A stretch of DNA of 64,000 bases from an uncultured Gemmatimonadaceae bacterium (lineage in GTDB: Bacteria > Gemmatimonadota > Gemmatimonadetes > Gemmatimonadales > Gemmatimonadaceae): assembly GCA_963829055.1 (NCBI GenBank), contig CAWHHI010000012.1, forward strand, positions 480,001 through 544,000. Reading direction: 5' to 3'. Shown in pieces: positions 52,623 to 62,857 of the stretch (positions are counted from its first letter, which is position 1; each line of letters opens with the position of its first letter). The position numbers were made by a program, and so were the translations under genes. The notes below the pieces were generated by a model. The model made no database searches. It was not told the origin of the DNA and was given only the letters and a program-made list of their open reading frames with translations.

Positions 52623-53165
52623 CTACGGACCGACGCGCAGGTACTCGGCGGCGTAGCGCTCCATCAATGTCGAGATGACGCGCATGGCAGAATCGCTCTT
52701 CTCCCAGCCCGCGATCTCCATGCGCTTTCCTTCCAGATCCTTGTAGATCAGGAAGAAGTGCTCGACCTCCTTGAGGTAATGCGAGGGGAGGTCTGCGATG
52801 TCGAAGTACTCGTTATGCTGCGGGTCGTGGCTCGGCACGGCGAGGATCTTGTCGTCCGGCTCTCCGCGATCGAGCATCTTCAGCACGCCGATCGGCCGCA
52901 CGTCAATCAGACATCCGGGGAACGTCGGCTCACCGATGCGCACGAGGATGTCGAGCGGGTCTCCATCCTCGTGCAGCGTGCGCGGGATGAAGCCGTAGTC
53001 GCCCGGGTAGTGCACGGCCGAGTACAGCACTCGATCGAGCTTGAACATCCCGTGTTCTTTATCGAGCTCGTACTTGTTCCGGCTACCACGCGGAATTTCG
53101 ATCACCGCGGTGACTTCTTCAGGCGGGTGTCGACCCGGTGGAAGGTCGCGCCACGGATGAATCAT
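52623..53165 (-). CDS. ppa: Inorganic pyrophosphatase (family I)
   Basis: EIPRGSRNKYE, YPGDYGFIP, DGDPLD, DDKILAV, YKDLE. Confidence 0.96.
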   Translation of the reverse strand: MIHPWRDLPPGRHPPEEVTAVIEIPRGSRNKYELDKEHGMFKLDRVLYSAVHYPGDYGFIPRTLHEDGDPLDILVRIGEPTFPGCLIDVRPIGVLKMLDRGEPDDKILAVPSHDPQHNEYFDIADLPSHYLKEVEHFFLIYKDLEGKRMEIAGWEKSDSAMRVISTLMERYAAEYLRVGP

Positions 53166-53246
53166 GGTCGTCGGTCGGGAGGAGGACGGTAAGGTCTACT
53201 GCGCGGCGATAATTCTACTCGACGCACAACGTCGGCTGCAGCGCAA

Positions 53247-53296
53247 GAATGCGATCGGGCGCGGCGCCAACGTTGGCGCCGCGCCCGATCGCATTC
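53247..53296. repeat. Perfect 50-bp palindrome
   Basis: gaatgcgatcgggcgcggcgccaac|gttggcgccgcgcccgatcgcattc. Confidence 0.85.
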
Positions 53297-53350
53297 ATCC
53301 AGAGGTTTTCGAGCACCGCGTGATCCGCGGTGAAAAGCAACTACCTCCTG

Positions 53351-53527
53351 CTAGACGGCCACGCCGGACAGCGCGAGCTCGCGCCGGTTCAGCCGGCGCT
53401 CGAGCGCCCGGCGTTCCATAACGTGTGGCTGCGTACGCTCGATCTCTGCCTCGATGGCGGCCAACTCCTCCCGGGAGCCAGCACCGTCAATGCGGTCCGT
53501 CAGTCGGAAATAGATGCTTGCGTCCAT
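53351..53527 (-). CDS. Small 58-aa hypothetical helical protein, below the ORF-track cutoff
   Basis: MDASIYFRLTDRIDGAGSREELAAIEAEIERTQPHVMERRALERRLNRRELALSGVAV*. Confidence 0.55.
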   Translation of the reverse strand: MDASIYFRLTDRIDGAGSREELAAIEAEIERTQPHVMERRALERRLNRRELALSGVAV

Positions 53528-53699
53528 GGCGTATTTGGGCTGTCGGCGAACGAAGACGTCAGCGGCGATTGCCGCTCGTGCCTACAATCGAGGCAAAGAT
53601 CGCGCCCAGTCGGGCCCCCTTCAATTGCCTTTACGGCGTATTCGCGCGGTTCACGTGTGGCGACGCCGCCGCACCCTGCAACACAATCTCAGCATAAGA

Positions 53700-53852
53700 T
53701 CACCGCGCAACCCCCGAGTGCCCACCATTTTCACGACGACGCTCGCGGTCGCGCGCACGCCGGGTGCGGATCACGAGCGAGACGATGTAGCCGCCGTAGA
53801 TGACCGCTGCCGCGATGTACGCGGCGTGGTAGTAGACCGCATTGTCGGGCAT
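53700..53852 (-). CDS. ccmD: CcmD-like heme exporter protein (50 aa), below the ORF-track cutoff
   Basis: ATG overlaps the ccmC stop. MPDNAVYYHAAYIAAAVIYGGYIVSLVIRTRRARDRERRR...: one TM with the AY motif, then a charged tail. Confidence 0.7.
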   Translation of the reverse strand: MPDNAVYYHAAYIAAAVIYGGYIVSLVIRTRRARDRERRRENGGHSGVAR

Positions 53853-54586
53853 CAGCGCACCGACTCGGCGCGAAGCGACGCAACCGGAGACTCCGCCATG
53901 TCCTCGTCCTCGAGTGCGTCCAGCGTTTCAGCAAGTCGGTAGCGGGCGCGGACCAGTGCCACGAACAACAGTAACAACGATACCAGCGACATGAGGAACG
54001 TCGTCAGCATGTTCCCCGGCAACGAAGGCGTACCCGGTTTGAGAATGATCGGCATCGGGTGCAGCGTGCGAAACAGATAGACGCTCAGGTGAATGAACGG
54101 CACCAGCAACGCACCGAGAACGCCCAGCACCGCCGAGTAGCGCGCGCGCACCGCCGGATCCTCGATAGCGCCTCGAAGAATGAGATACCCGACGAACACG
54201 AACCAGATGAACAGCGTCAGCGTCAGACGCGCATCCCACGTCCACCATGTTCCCCAGATCGGCTTCCCCCACATCGGGCCGGTGACGAGCACGACGGTCA
54301 TGAACACTACCCCGACTTCAGCGGCCGACGCGGCGATGCGATCGAGGCGTTCGTCGCGAAGCCACAGGTACAGACCTCCCGCGACAGCGACGATGCCGAA
54401 TGCGACGTACAACCCGATGAACGCGGACGGTACGTGTACGTAGAAGATCTTCTGCGCCGCGCCCTGCTTCGCCTCCGGGGGCGTGAAGTAGATCGCACGC
54501 ACGAACGTGGCAATGAGCGCGAGGATGGCGACGGGGAGCAACCAGTCAGAGCCGCGGCGCTCTCTTGCCGGCGGTGATCCAGTCAT
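53852..54586 (-). CDS. ccmC: Heme exporter / cytochrome c biogenesis protein
   Basis: KIFYVHVP, WGKPIWGTWWTWDARLT, RTLHP. Confidence 0.95.
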   Translation of the reverse strand: MTGSPPARERRGSDWLLPVAILALIATFVRAIYFTPPEAKQGAAQKIFYVHVPSAFIGLYVAFGIVAVAGGLYLWLRDERLDRIAASAAEVGVVFMTVVLVTGPMWGKPIWGTWWTWDARLTLTLFIWFVFVGYLILRGAIEDPAVRARYSAVLGVLGALLVPFIHLSVYLFRTLHPMPIILKPGTPSLPGNMLTTFLMSLVSLLLLFVALVRARYRLAETLDALEDEDMAESPVASLRAESVR

Positions 54587-54606
54587 TGGATGGCGGTAGG
54601 CGGGAT

Positions 54607-55302
54607 TCAGTCTTCGAGCGTGAACGGAAACGCGAGCGCGCACGCGACGACGAACACGATGTCGAACGCGATCAGGATTCTCAACCAACTCATCGCTTCC
54701 GACACTGGTCGCCCTGCGAGCAAACGCGCGGTCGATTGCGCGGCGGGGAGAACAACCGGAACGAAGAACGGCAACGCGAGCACGGGCAACAATAGCTCCG
54801 ACAGTCGAGTGTTCGCGGTCATCGCGCTGAACAGCGTCCCTATGCTGACGAGGCCAATGGCCGCGAGCACCGCGATCGCGATGAGCGGTCCGAGGACGCG
54901 CGTCAGCGGAAGGTTGTAGAACAGCGCGACAGCGGGAATCGCCAGCGCCTGTACACCGAGCACGAACACGAGGTTCGCGAACGCCTTGCCGAGGAACACG
55001 GCTTCGCGCTCGATCGGTGATGCGAGAAGCGCGTCGATCGCCCGATCAGCCTCTTCGACACCGAACGATCGGTGTAGACCCAACAGGCCTGAGAACGTGA
55101 AGATGACCCACAGAACACCAGGCGCGAGATCGATCGCGCTCACCGCCGTCGCATCCCACGCGAAATAGAAAATCACGATCGCGAGGAGAGCAAACACGAG
55201 TGCGGCGAGGAACGCGCTACGCGTGCGGAACTCGATCGCGAGATCTTTTCGCGCGATGAGCGCGGCGGCCGCGAACGTGCCCGGGGGAATGCGAGCGCTC
55301 AT
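54607..55302 (-). CDS. ccmB: Heme exporter permease
   Basis: KDLAIEFR, APGVLW, LLPVLALPF. Lies between ccmA and ccmC. Confidence 0.92.
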   Translation of the reverse strand: MSARIPPGTFAAAALIARKDLAIEFRTRSAFLAALVFALLAIVIFYFAWDATAVSAIDLAPGVLWVIFTFSGLLGLHRSFGVEEADRAIDALLASPIEREAVFLGKAFANLVFVLGVQALAIPAVALFYNLPLTRVLGPLIAIAVLAAIGLVSIGTLFSAMTANTRLSELLLPVLALPFFVPVVLPAAQSTARLLAGRPVSEAMSWLRILIAFDIVFVVACALAFPFTLED

Positions 55303-56003
55303 CGCGTCACTGCCTCGCGATATGCCTCGCGATACGTCTCGAGCTCCACATCGCCGCGCGGTTCGTGGGTGAGGAATCGGCCGTCGCGCATGATCGCGGT
55401 GTGAGACGCGAGCGCGAGTCCTTCGCCGAGGTGATGTGTCACCAGCACGAGCGAAGCCCCACTGGCCTTGAGCGATCGAAGCGCGTCGCTCAGTGCCGAC
55501 GCGCCGCCTTCGTCGAGGCCCGTGTACGGCTCATCGAGCAGCACCACCCGAGGATCGTGCACGATGGCTCGCGCGATCGACACTCGTTGCTGCATTCCTC
55601 GGCTGAGCGAGCGGACCGGCGAGTCGGCCCGATCCTGCAGCCGCATGCGCTGGAGCGCACGAAGCGCCGCGTCGCGCGGTGCGAGGACGCCATACATGCG
55701 CGCCGTGAACTCGACGTTCTCGAGCGCGGTGAGCGCCGAGTACAACATGCTCTGATGCGAGATCAACCCCACGACGGATCGCGCGGCGGCGCCCCCGGGT
55801 AACGCGACGCCATCGATGCGTGCGTTTCCGCTCGTGGGACGCAGGAGGCCAGCGAGGACGCGTAGCAGCGTGGTCTTGCCGGCACCGTTAGGCCCGAAGA
55901 GCGCCAGGCATTCGCCTCGATGCACAGCAAACGTCAGCGCTCGCACCGCGACGCGACGTCCGAAGCTTCTGGTGAGCCCGCTGGCCTCGATCGTCGGAGG
56001 CAT
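55299..56003 (-). CDS. ccmA: Heme ABC exporter ATPase
   Basis: GPNGAGKTT, LSRGMQQR, LLDEPYTGLD. Start is ATG 56003 or 56075. Confidence 0.9.
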   Translation of the reverse strand: MPPTIEASGLTRSFGRRVAVRALTFAVHRGECLALFGPNGAGKTTLLRVLAGLLRPTSGNARIDGVALPGGAAARSVVGLISHQSMLYSALTALENVEFTARMYGVLAPRDAALRALQRMRLQDRADSPVRSLSRGMQQRVSIARAIVHDPRVVLLDEPYTGLDEGGASALSDALRSLKASGASLVLVTHHLGEGLALASHTAIMRDGRFLTHEPRGDVELETYREAYREAVTR

Positions 56004-56211
56004 ATTCCCCGACGTACGAGCCTGCGCTAGCGAGGCCGTGTGTGAGGGTTCGGTCGGCGTGGCGGCGTGAGGCACGACCGAACGTTAGCCGCAGGAGGTA
56101 GGCGGTGGGTAGGATACGAAACGGCGACCGCGTTGCCGCGGCCGCCGTACGTGAGGGATCGAGGTGCGTGCACATCGAAGGGGGCCACGACATGCACGCC
56201 TCTCGAACCAC

Positions 56212-56523
56212 TCAGTCGATCAACTCGAAGAGAAAATCGAGCATTGTGAGTTTGAGCAAATTGCGGACCCGCTCGGGTGCACGACGCAAGGAAGTCGACA
56301 ACCCACGCTCCTTCGCGCGTTTCTGGAGCAGTACGAGGATGCCCAGCCCGCTCGCATCGAGCTCCACCGTCTGCCCCATGTCGATGGCGAGTGCCCCGTC
56401 CGCAGGCTGCAGGCGCTCGAGGTGCGCCAATGCTGCCGTGCGAAAATCGGCCCGTGTGGACGCGACGAGCCTTTCAGGGGCGACCAATACGTTCCCCGTT
56501 GTGTTGTCAATTGCGGCGCACAT
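56212..56523 (-). CDS. STAS-domain anti-anti-sigma factor
   Basis: LAIDMGQTVELDASGLGILV, VRNLLKLTMLDFLF. Confidence 0.85.
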   Translation of the reverse strand: MCAAIDNTTGNVLVAPERLVASTRADFRTAALAHLERLQPADGALAIDMGQTVELDASGLGILVLLQKRAKERGLSTSLRRAPERVRNLLKLTMLDFLFELID

Positions 56524-56722
56524 AAACAGAACCCTCCGATCGGCGACGAGCACACACCGCGGACCAGGAGGAGTCAGATGCCGAGCTTCCCGGCGGACAC
56601 CTTCGGCAGCCGGACGATCTCACCACGTTGTGTGGGGCGAGACTCCTGGCTTTGCGGCCCCGCCTCGCGGCGGGTGTGCTCTTGTCGAGTGACGCTTGCC
56701 CTTCGATTTGCCATCGGTCAGA

Positions 56723-56738
56723 AGCGACTACCATGCCA
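56723..56738 (-). promoter_or_regulatory. Candidate sigma-54 (-24/-12) promoter for the STAS gene
   Basis: Minus strand TGGCATGGTAGTCGCT (GG-N10-GC). Upstream imperfect palindrome at 56807-56833. Confidence 0.35.
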
Positions 56739-57003
56739 GCGTGGGCATGAACCGTCACGACGTTGACGTTGAAGCACTTAACATTTTGCGCTCCGACCAA
56801 GCACCCTGTTGCGGCACCGCACTGTGCCGCAGCATCCGAACAACGCGACGGTGTCCGATTCCTCGACGGGCACCTCGACCGAGTGTCCGATCCGGATGTC
56901 TTCTTGCTCGACTACCGGCCGTTAAGCTATCAGCTATCAATTACCAGCGACCAGCGCGAGCAGCCAGCCACCAGCGCATTCCCAAGATCCGTCTCCCAAG
57001 GCC

Positions 57004-59004
57004 ATGTCCGAAGACATTGACGTCCTTCTTCATGAGCATCGCAAGTTCGAGCCGCCCGAAGCGTTCCGGCGCGACGCGCACGTATCGTCAACGGAGCTGT
57101 ATCGCGAGGCTGAGCGTGACCCGGAACGCTTCTGGGCTCACATGGCGGGCGCCCTCGAGTGGTCGCGACCATGGGACACGGTGCTCGAATGGACGCCGCC
57201 TCACGCGAAGTGGTTCGTGGGCGGAAAGCTCAATGCGTCCGTCAACTGTCTCGATCGTCACATTCGGACCGCGCGCCGCAACAAGGCTGCGCTGATCTTC
57301 GAGGGCGAGCCCGGCGATCGGCGCACGCTCACGTACTGGGACCTCTACGTCGAGGTCAACAAGTTCGCGAACGTGCTCAAACGACTTGGCGTTAGGCGCG
57401 GGGATCGCGTCGGCATCTACATGCCGCTCATCCCCGAAGTCGTGATCGCGATGCTCGCCTGTGCGCGCATCGGCGCCATCCACTCCGTGGTGTTCGGCGG
57501 CTTCTCCTCCGAGTCGCTGCGCGACCGCATGAACGACGCGAAGGCGAAGGTCGTCATCACGGCGGACGGCGGCTATCGGCGCGGGCAGATCGTCCCGCTC
57601 AAGCGCAACACCGATAAGGCGCTCGAAGGAGCACCGACCGTGGAGCACGTGATCGTCGTCATGCGCCGCCCGGGCGCGGGAGGCGACGAGGCGTTCGCCC
57701 ACATGCAGGAAGGGCGCGATCACTGGTGGCACCGACTCATGGCCGACGCACCAGCGTTCTGCGAGCCCGAAGCGATGGACGCCGAGGACGTGCTGTACAT
57801 CCTCTACACGTCCGGCACGACGGGCAAGCCGAAGGGCATCGTCCACACCACTGGCGGCTACCTCACCGGCGTCACAGCGACGGCGAAGCTCGTTTTCGAC
57901 CTCCGCGACGACGACGTGTTCTGGTGTACCGCCGACGTAGGCTGGGTGACCGGTCACTCGTATGTCGTGTACGGCCCGCTCGCCAATGGCGCGACGTGCG
58001 TGATGTACGAAGGCGCGCCCGATTGGCCGGACAAGGACCGATTCTGGGAGATCTGCGCGCGCCACGGCGTGACCATCCTGTATACCGCACCGACCGCCAT
58101 TCGCGCATTCATGAAGTGGGGCAACCAGTACCCCGCCCGCCATGATCTCAGCCGGCTGCGCTTGTTAGGCAGCGTCGGGGAGCCGATCAATCCCGAAGCC
58201 TGGATGTGGTATCACGAGCACATAGGCGGACGACGTTGCCCCATCGTGGACACGTGGTGGCAGACGGAGACCGGAGCCATTGCCATCTCCCCGCTTCCGG
58301 GTGTCACCGCCACGAAGCCCGGCAGCGCGACGACCGCGCTGCCCGGATTCTCCGCCGAGCTGCTCGACGCGCAAGCGAATCCGATTCCGGTGGGCGGCGG
58401 ACTGCTCGCCATCACACGGCCGTGGCCGTCGATGCTGCGCACCATCTGGGAAGACGACGCCCGGTATGTGCAGACCTACTTCTCGAAATGGCCCGGGCGC
58501 CCAGACCTCTACTTCCCAGGCGACGGCGCCAAGCGCGACGCGGATGGCTACTTCTGGATCCTCGGCCGCGTGGACGACGTGTTGAACGTCGCCGGGCATC
58601 GCATCGGAACGATGGAGGTGGAGTCGGCGCTGGTCGAGCATCCTGCGGTCGCCGAAGCCGCCGTGGTCGGAAAGACGCACGCGATCAAGGGCCAGGCGAT
58701 CGCCGCGTTCGTCACGTTGCGCGAAGGCCAGAACCCGACGTCCGAGCTGCGTGACGAGCTCCGGCAGTTCGTCGCCGACAAGATCGGCGCGCTCGCGCGG
58801 CCAGATGATATTCTTTTTTCCGCCGATCTGCCGAAGACACGCTCCGGGAAGATCATGCGTCGCCTGCTTCGCGACATTGCGGAAAATCGCATGCTCGGCG
58901 ACACGACCACGCTCGCCGATCCGAATGTCGTCGCAAACCTCGCGGGGGAATGGCAGTCGGGGCAGTCGCCTATCGCGCGCGAGGGGATCGAAGAGGAGGA
59001 ATGA
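57004..59004 (+). CDS. acs: Acetate--CoA ligase
   Basis: [50 protein letters not shown]. Confidence 0.97.
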   Translation: MSEDIDVLLHEHRKFEPPEAFRRDAHVSSTELYREAERDPERFWAHMAGALEWSRPWDTVLEWTPPHAKWFVGGKLNASVNCLDRHIRTARRNKAALIFEGEPGDRRTLTYWDLYVEVNKFANVLKRLGVRRGDRVGIYMPLIPEVVIAMLACARIGAIHSVVFGGFSSESLRDRMNDAKAKVVITADGGYRRGQIVPLKRNTDKALEGAPTVEHVIVVMRRPGAGGDEAFAHMQEGRDHWWHRLMADAPAFCEPEAMDAEDVLYILYTSGTTGKPKGIVHTTGGYLTGVTATAKLVFDLRDDDVFWCTADVGWVTGHSYVVYGPLANGATCVMYEGAPDWPDKDRFWEICARHGVTILYTAPTAIRAFMKWGNQYPARHDLSRLRLLGSVGEPINPEAWMWYHEHIGGRRCPIVDTWWQTETGAIAISPLPGVTATKPGSATTALPGFSAELLDAQANPIPVGGGLLAITRPWPSMLRTIWEDDARYVQTYFSKWPGRPDLYFPGDGAKRDADGYFWILGRVDDVLNVAGHRIGTMEVESALVEHPAVAEAAVVGKTHAIKGQAIAAFVTLREGQNPTSELRDELRQFVADKIGALARPDDILFSADLPKTRSGKIMRRLLRDIAENRMLGDTTTLADPNVVANLAGEWQSGQSPIAREGIEEEE

Positions 59005-59043
59005 CGCGTGCGAGGCCAACGAAGGGCCTTAGCTCAAATCTGT

Positions 59044-59072
59044 TTGAGATTGAACCGATAGTGGCGTATTGT
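59044..59072 (+). promoter_or_regulatory. Candidate sigma-70 promoter
   Basis: TTGAGA-N17-TATTGT in an AT-rich patch upstream of 59139. Confidence 0.4.
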
Positions 59073-59138
59073 TGAGTGAGGCGTCTACGGGGCGTCACGC
59101 GTGACGCCCGACCGTTTCTCGCCGAGGCTTGAGCCCGT

Positions 59139-59513
59139 ATGCTCGGACGGCTGTTCCCAGAATCGTTGTTTCCGCGCAAGCTCGACCCGACGGCCGAACG
59201 CCGCATTCGGTTGGCACAGGCGCGCGCCGAGGAATCGGTCATCCGCGCGCACGTGGACAACGCGCTGATGTTCGTCGACACGCTCGCCGAAGACCTCGCG
59301 TTCGATCGCGCGATCGACACGTATATCCGCGTGATGGGCATCCCCGAGCCGCTCGCGAGTACGGTTGCGACGCGCACGCTCGTTGTCCTTGGCCAGGACC
59401 TCGTTCCATTTCGCCGACGAGCGCGCGATGGCGATCCGGGTGAAGACGACTCACGCCCGAAGCTCCGCCTGGACGACGCGTCCGACAGCCGCTCGCGAAT
59501 CCGCAGAGCCTAG
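59139..59513 (+). CDS. Hypothetical helical protein
   Basis: Protein-like 124-aa ORF filling the gap after acs. No recognised motif. Confidence 0.7.
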   Translation: MLGRLFPESLFPRKLDPTAERRIRLAQARAEESVIRAHVDNALMFVDTLAEDLAFDRAIDTYIRVMGIPEPLASTVATRTLVVLGQDLVPFRRRARDGDPGEDDSRPKLRLDDASDSRSRIRRA

Positions 59514-59693
59514 CTGACCCTTCGCGATCCGTCCCGCTGCTCGCTGCGCGCAGCGCGTGGTGTGCCGACCACTAATAGCAGCGACGAGCAGGCGCGTGGT
59601 GTACCTGGCGCTAATAGCACCAGCGGGCAGCGTGCGGCCGCAGCATGCAGCCGTCGGCAAGGCAGCGTGCAGCCCAGCGGCTCGGGGCCGGTT

Positions 59694-60932
59694 CTAGGCT
59701 GCCTCGGGTCGAAAATCCCGTAGCTCGGCGATGCTCACAAGAAACATCACGAGAACTATGCAAGCGCTTATCACACACCACATACAGATCGCGTGTATGA
59801 CAAACAACTCGAGGTAGGTGAGCCAGCCCGAGAACAAGGTTCCCCACCCCGTGAGCACCGCGAGCGCGACCGCCATCTTTCGCGAATCTGCGTAGCGCTC
59901 CTGAATGCTCGTGAACGCAAGCGCGAGCGACACCACGTAGAAGCCCAGCCCCCACGCGGCGACCGGCATGCCAAGGAACGTGGCCCATCGGCTCGTGTTG
60001 ACTGTCTCACACGAGCCGACCGCGCACTGCAGCGTTCCGATATAGCCAAGCTTGTACAGCGTGAGATAGGTCGACACGAACACGCCAATGAGCGCGAGCG
60101 TGCCGACGATCATCCGCTTCGTCATCTGACCGCCCGGGCCCTTCGCGGGAACAGAGACCGAGCGCCCGGTGTCGCCACCCGATGCCGGTTTTGTCGAATC
60201 GCTCTTCGCGAGCGCGAGGGCCGAGTCCACCAGCGCCTTGAAGTGGTCGTAGCTGATTGCCCCGCCCACCATCTTGTTTCCGATGACGAACGTGGGCGTC
60301 TGGCTGGCGCCACGTTTGGTCGCCATCTGCTCGTTGGCCTTGATGCGCGGTTCGTACTTCTTCGCGTCGAAGCACGCCTCCCACTTGTTGGCGTCCATTC
60401 CAAGCGCCTTCGCGTACTCCAGGAACTTGGACTTCGGACGGCTCGTCGCCTGGCCGTTCCACTGGTCCTGGGCGTTGAAGAGCTGGTCGTGCATCTCCCA
60501 GAACTTGCCCTGCTCATCGGCGCACGCCGCGGCGTTGGATGCCGCCCACGTGTTCTTGTGCATGGGCAGCGGGTAGTCGTAGAAGCGGTAGCTGATCGTG
60601 CCCGGCTCGATCAAGCGCTTTCTGATATCCGGCTCGGCGAGCGTCGCGAACTGGCCGCACGCGGGACACTCGAAGTCCGCGAACTCGATCACCTGGACCG
60701 GCGCGTCCACCTTGCCGAGCAGGTAACCTTGCGCCTCGCCCGCTGCAATGGCGGGCGCGTCCACGGTCGTCGCGACGTTCTTCGGCCGGCTGGCGACGTA
60801 CGCCAGTGCGCCAATGCCTGCGACGGCGATGACCGCGATTGCTGCGTAGAACGGCGTCTTCGATTTGGCCTTTGATTTCCTCACCACTTCGGCTCGTCGT
60901 CCTCGTCCGGCTTCCAGTCTGTCTTTTGCCAT
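59694..60932 (-). CDS. DsbA-like thioredoxin read in frame into a VKOR domain
   Basis: TM anchor, FADFECPAC and QTPTF. From ATG 60125, MTKRMIVG..CAVGSCETV..GMPVAAWG..ICMWC (VKOR). Confidence 0.88.
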   Translation of the reverse strand: MAKDRLEAGRGRRAEVVRKSKAKSKTPFYAAIAVIAVAGIGALAYVASRPKNVATTVDAPAIAAGEAQGYLLGKVDAPVQVIEFADFECPACGQFATLAEPDIRKRLIEPGTISYRFYDYPLPMHKNTWAASNAAACADEQGKFWEMHDQLFNAQDQWNGQATSRPKSKFLEYAKALGMDANKWEACFDAKKYEPRIKANEQMATKRGASQTPTFVIGNKMVGGAISYDHFKALVDSALALAKSDSTKPASGGDTGRSVSVPAKGPGGQMTKRMIVGTLALIGVFVSTYLTLYKLGYIGTLQCAVGSCETVNTSRWATFLGMPVAAWGLGFYVVSLALAFTSIQERYADSRKMAVALAVLTGWGTLFSGWLTYLELFVIHAICMWCVISACIVLVMFLVSIAELRDFRPEAA

Positions 60933-61180
60933 GTGTTGTCCTGGTTGTCCGCCGCCTCAGCGACGATCCGACGATTCTCCGCGACCTCGGGGGTGTCGTA
61001 AGTCGCACGAACTTCGTAGTGAAATAGCTCGCTTCTCACGTCGCCAATAAGGCGCATGAGCTCCCCGGCCTGCTGCAACAATTCTCCGCGCGCATCCATC
61101 TCGACAATGCGTGCCGCCAGATTGCGAAGCAGCGCCTCGAGCTTTCGCGCCCGCTCCTCGCCGTACGTCTCGTCCGCCAT
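60881..61180 (-). CDS. Hypothetical coiled-coil protein
   Basis: MADETYGEERARKLEALL...RSELFHYEVRATYDTPEVAE, the C-terminal part of ORF 60881..62074. Confidence 0.7.
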   Translation of the reverse strand: MADETYGEERARKLEALLRNLAARIVEMDARGELLQQAGELMRLIGDVRSELFHYEVRATYDTPEVAENRRIVAEAADNQDNTWQKTDWKPDEDDEPKW

Positions 61181-61459
61181 GCTGCCAGATCGCGTGGAGT
61201 GGTGGATCAGTTGGGTTGCGAAAACTAGGGAGCCGCCAGAGGAGCGGCAACGCCGTGCGTCGCGCGCCCGGGTGCTGGAAGTGTCAATCGTCGGCGCTGT
61301 GGCGCGCGGGCTCGCGGAGCGTCGAGGTGCTGGCCCCATCGGCCCCGGTACGACTAGCTTACCCCGCGATTCGGCACGCCGTTTCGCTCGACGACACTCG
61401 ACCCCGGGTTTTCTCCCATCGACGCCGATCTCCTCCGCATTCCCGTCGGACCTGGCGCC

Positions 61460-62356
61460 ATGCACGTCGAGCGCTACGGACACGGCGGAGCGCCGGTGGT
61501 GCTGATTCACGGCTTCGGCACCTGCAGCTTCCTGTGGCGGAACGTGGCGCCCGCGCTCGCCGTCACGCAGCACACGGCCTACGCGGTCGACCTGCTCGGC
61601 TACGGGGAGTCCGACCGTCCCTTCGATGCCGACTTCGGCCTCGCGGCTCAGGCGGACTATCTCGAGCGGGCTCTCACGGCGCTCCGCGTCGCGCGTGCGG
61701 CCGTCGTCGGGGTGGACATCGGTGCTGCCATAGCGCTCCGGCTGGCCGCGCTCAGGCCGGAGAGAGTCGCTCGGCTGGTGCTGATCAATCCGGTCCCCCT
61801 GGAGGATCTCCCGGCGGGCGACGTCCGCGCAATGCAGCGCAACACCGCCCGATTCGCCCTTCGCGTCTCGCGCGGACTGTTCGGCGCATCGCCGCTCCTG
61901 ACGCCGATCCTCACGGAAAGCGTCGCAACGCCTGAGCACATGCCGCCGGCACTGGTTGGCCGGTATCTGGCGCCGTTCATCGGCCAGGAGGGCGTGACGC
62001 ACTTGTTGGCGCTCGCCCGCGCAATCCGTACGGACGACACCGACGACATCGACCTCAGCCAGGTTCGCGCGCACTCGCTCATCGTCCGAGGCGAGAAGGA
62101 CGTATGGGTCGAGCCGACCGTGGCCGAGAAGCTCGCGACCGAGCTCCCCGGGTGTCGTGTCGTGAACTTTCCGGACGCTGCGCGATTAGTCCCGGAGGAA
62201 GCGCCGGACGAACTCGCGGACCTTATTGCGTCGTTCGTATCGCCCCATGTCAGCCGAGGTGGCGACGCCCCGGAATCGCTCGGAGGATCGCTCGCCGAAC
62301 CCTTTGCTGAGCATTCGCCGACGGATAGTGGAACGACTGGGGGTGAAACGGCGTAA
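61460..62356 (+). CDS. Alpha/beta-hydrolase fold protein
   Basis: LIHGFG, DLLGYGES, GVDIG, RGEKD, AARLVPEE. Confidence 0.88.
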   Translation: MHVERYGHGGAPVVLIHGFGTCSFLWRNVAPALAVTQHTAYAVDLLGYGESDRPFDADFGLAAQADYLERALTALRVARAAVVGVDIGAAIALRLAALRPERVARLVLINPVPLEDLPAGDVRAMQRNTARFALRVSRGLFGASPLLTPILTESVATPEHMPPALVGRYLAPFIGQEGVTHLLALARAIRTDDTDDIDLSQVRAHSLIVRGEKDVWVEPTVAEKLATELPGCRVVNFPDAARLVPEEAPDELADLIASFVSPHVSRGGDAPESLGGSLAEPFAEHSPTDSGTTGGETA

Positions 62357-62451
62357 ATGTTGACGTCACGCGAACGTGTGCAGCCAAACAAACGGCTTTC
62401 GATGCGTCGTCGGTTTGCGTTAGATTTGTGTTACCCCTACTCAAGGAATTC

Positions 62452-62730
62452 ATGGCCAAACAGAAGGCACGTCGTCGCAGAGAGGTTGCGGAGCCAACAG
62501 TGTTCGAGCAGGCCCGCGACGAGATGTTCCAGCACGTGATGCGTTGCGGTGTTATCGGCGCTGACCCGGAACACCAGGTCGAGTGGTTCGACGAAACCAT
62601 GCGGTACCTCGGCGAGCGGTACCATGAGCTGTCCGATGGCGAGCTCAAGGATCTCCGCACGCTCGGTGAACGGTTCGCGGCACCTCCAAAAGCGAAGACT
62701 CCGGAAGTCGATGCCGCTTCGGCGGCGTAG
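62452..62730 (+). CDS. Hypothetical protein
   Basis: AAGGA RBS, ATG 62452, protein-like ORF followed by a terminator. Confidence 0.72.
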   Translation: MAKQKARRRREVAEPTVFEQARDEMFQHVMRCGVIGADPEHQVEWFDETMRYLGERYHELSDGELKDLRTLGERFAAPPKAKTPEVDAASAA

Positions 62731-62747
62731 ACCTCAGTTGCGATAGA

Positions 62748-62776
62748 AACGCCCCGCTCTCGGGGCGTTCTTGTTA
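62748..62776 (+). terminator. Rho-independent terminator
   Basis: aacgccccg-ctct-cggggcgtt followed by cttgtt. Confidence 0.65.
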
Positions 62777-62857
62777 TCGCTCGCGGTGGCGCGAGCCGTG
62801 ACCCGTAGTGCCTCGAGGCAGGCGAGGCGAGTCCGGACCTGTGCGCCCTAACGACGC

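Noticed and set aside
60881..62074. 397-aa ORF as a single gene
   Set aside because: Its first ~300 codons are largely antisense to the hydrolase. Only the part from ATG 61180 looks protein-like.
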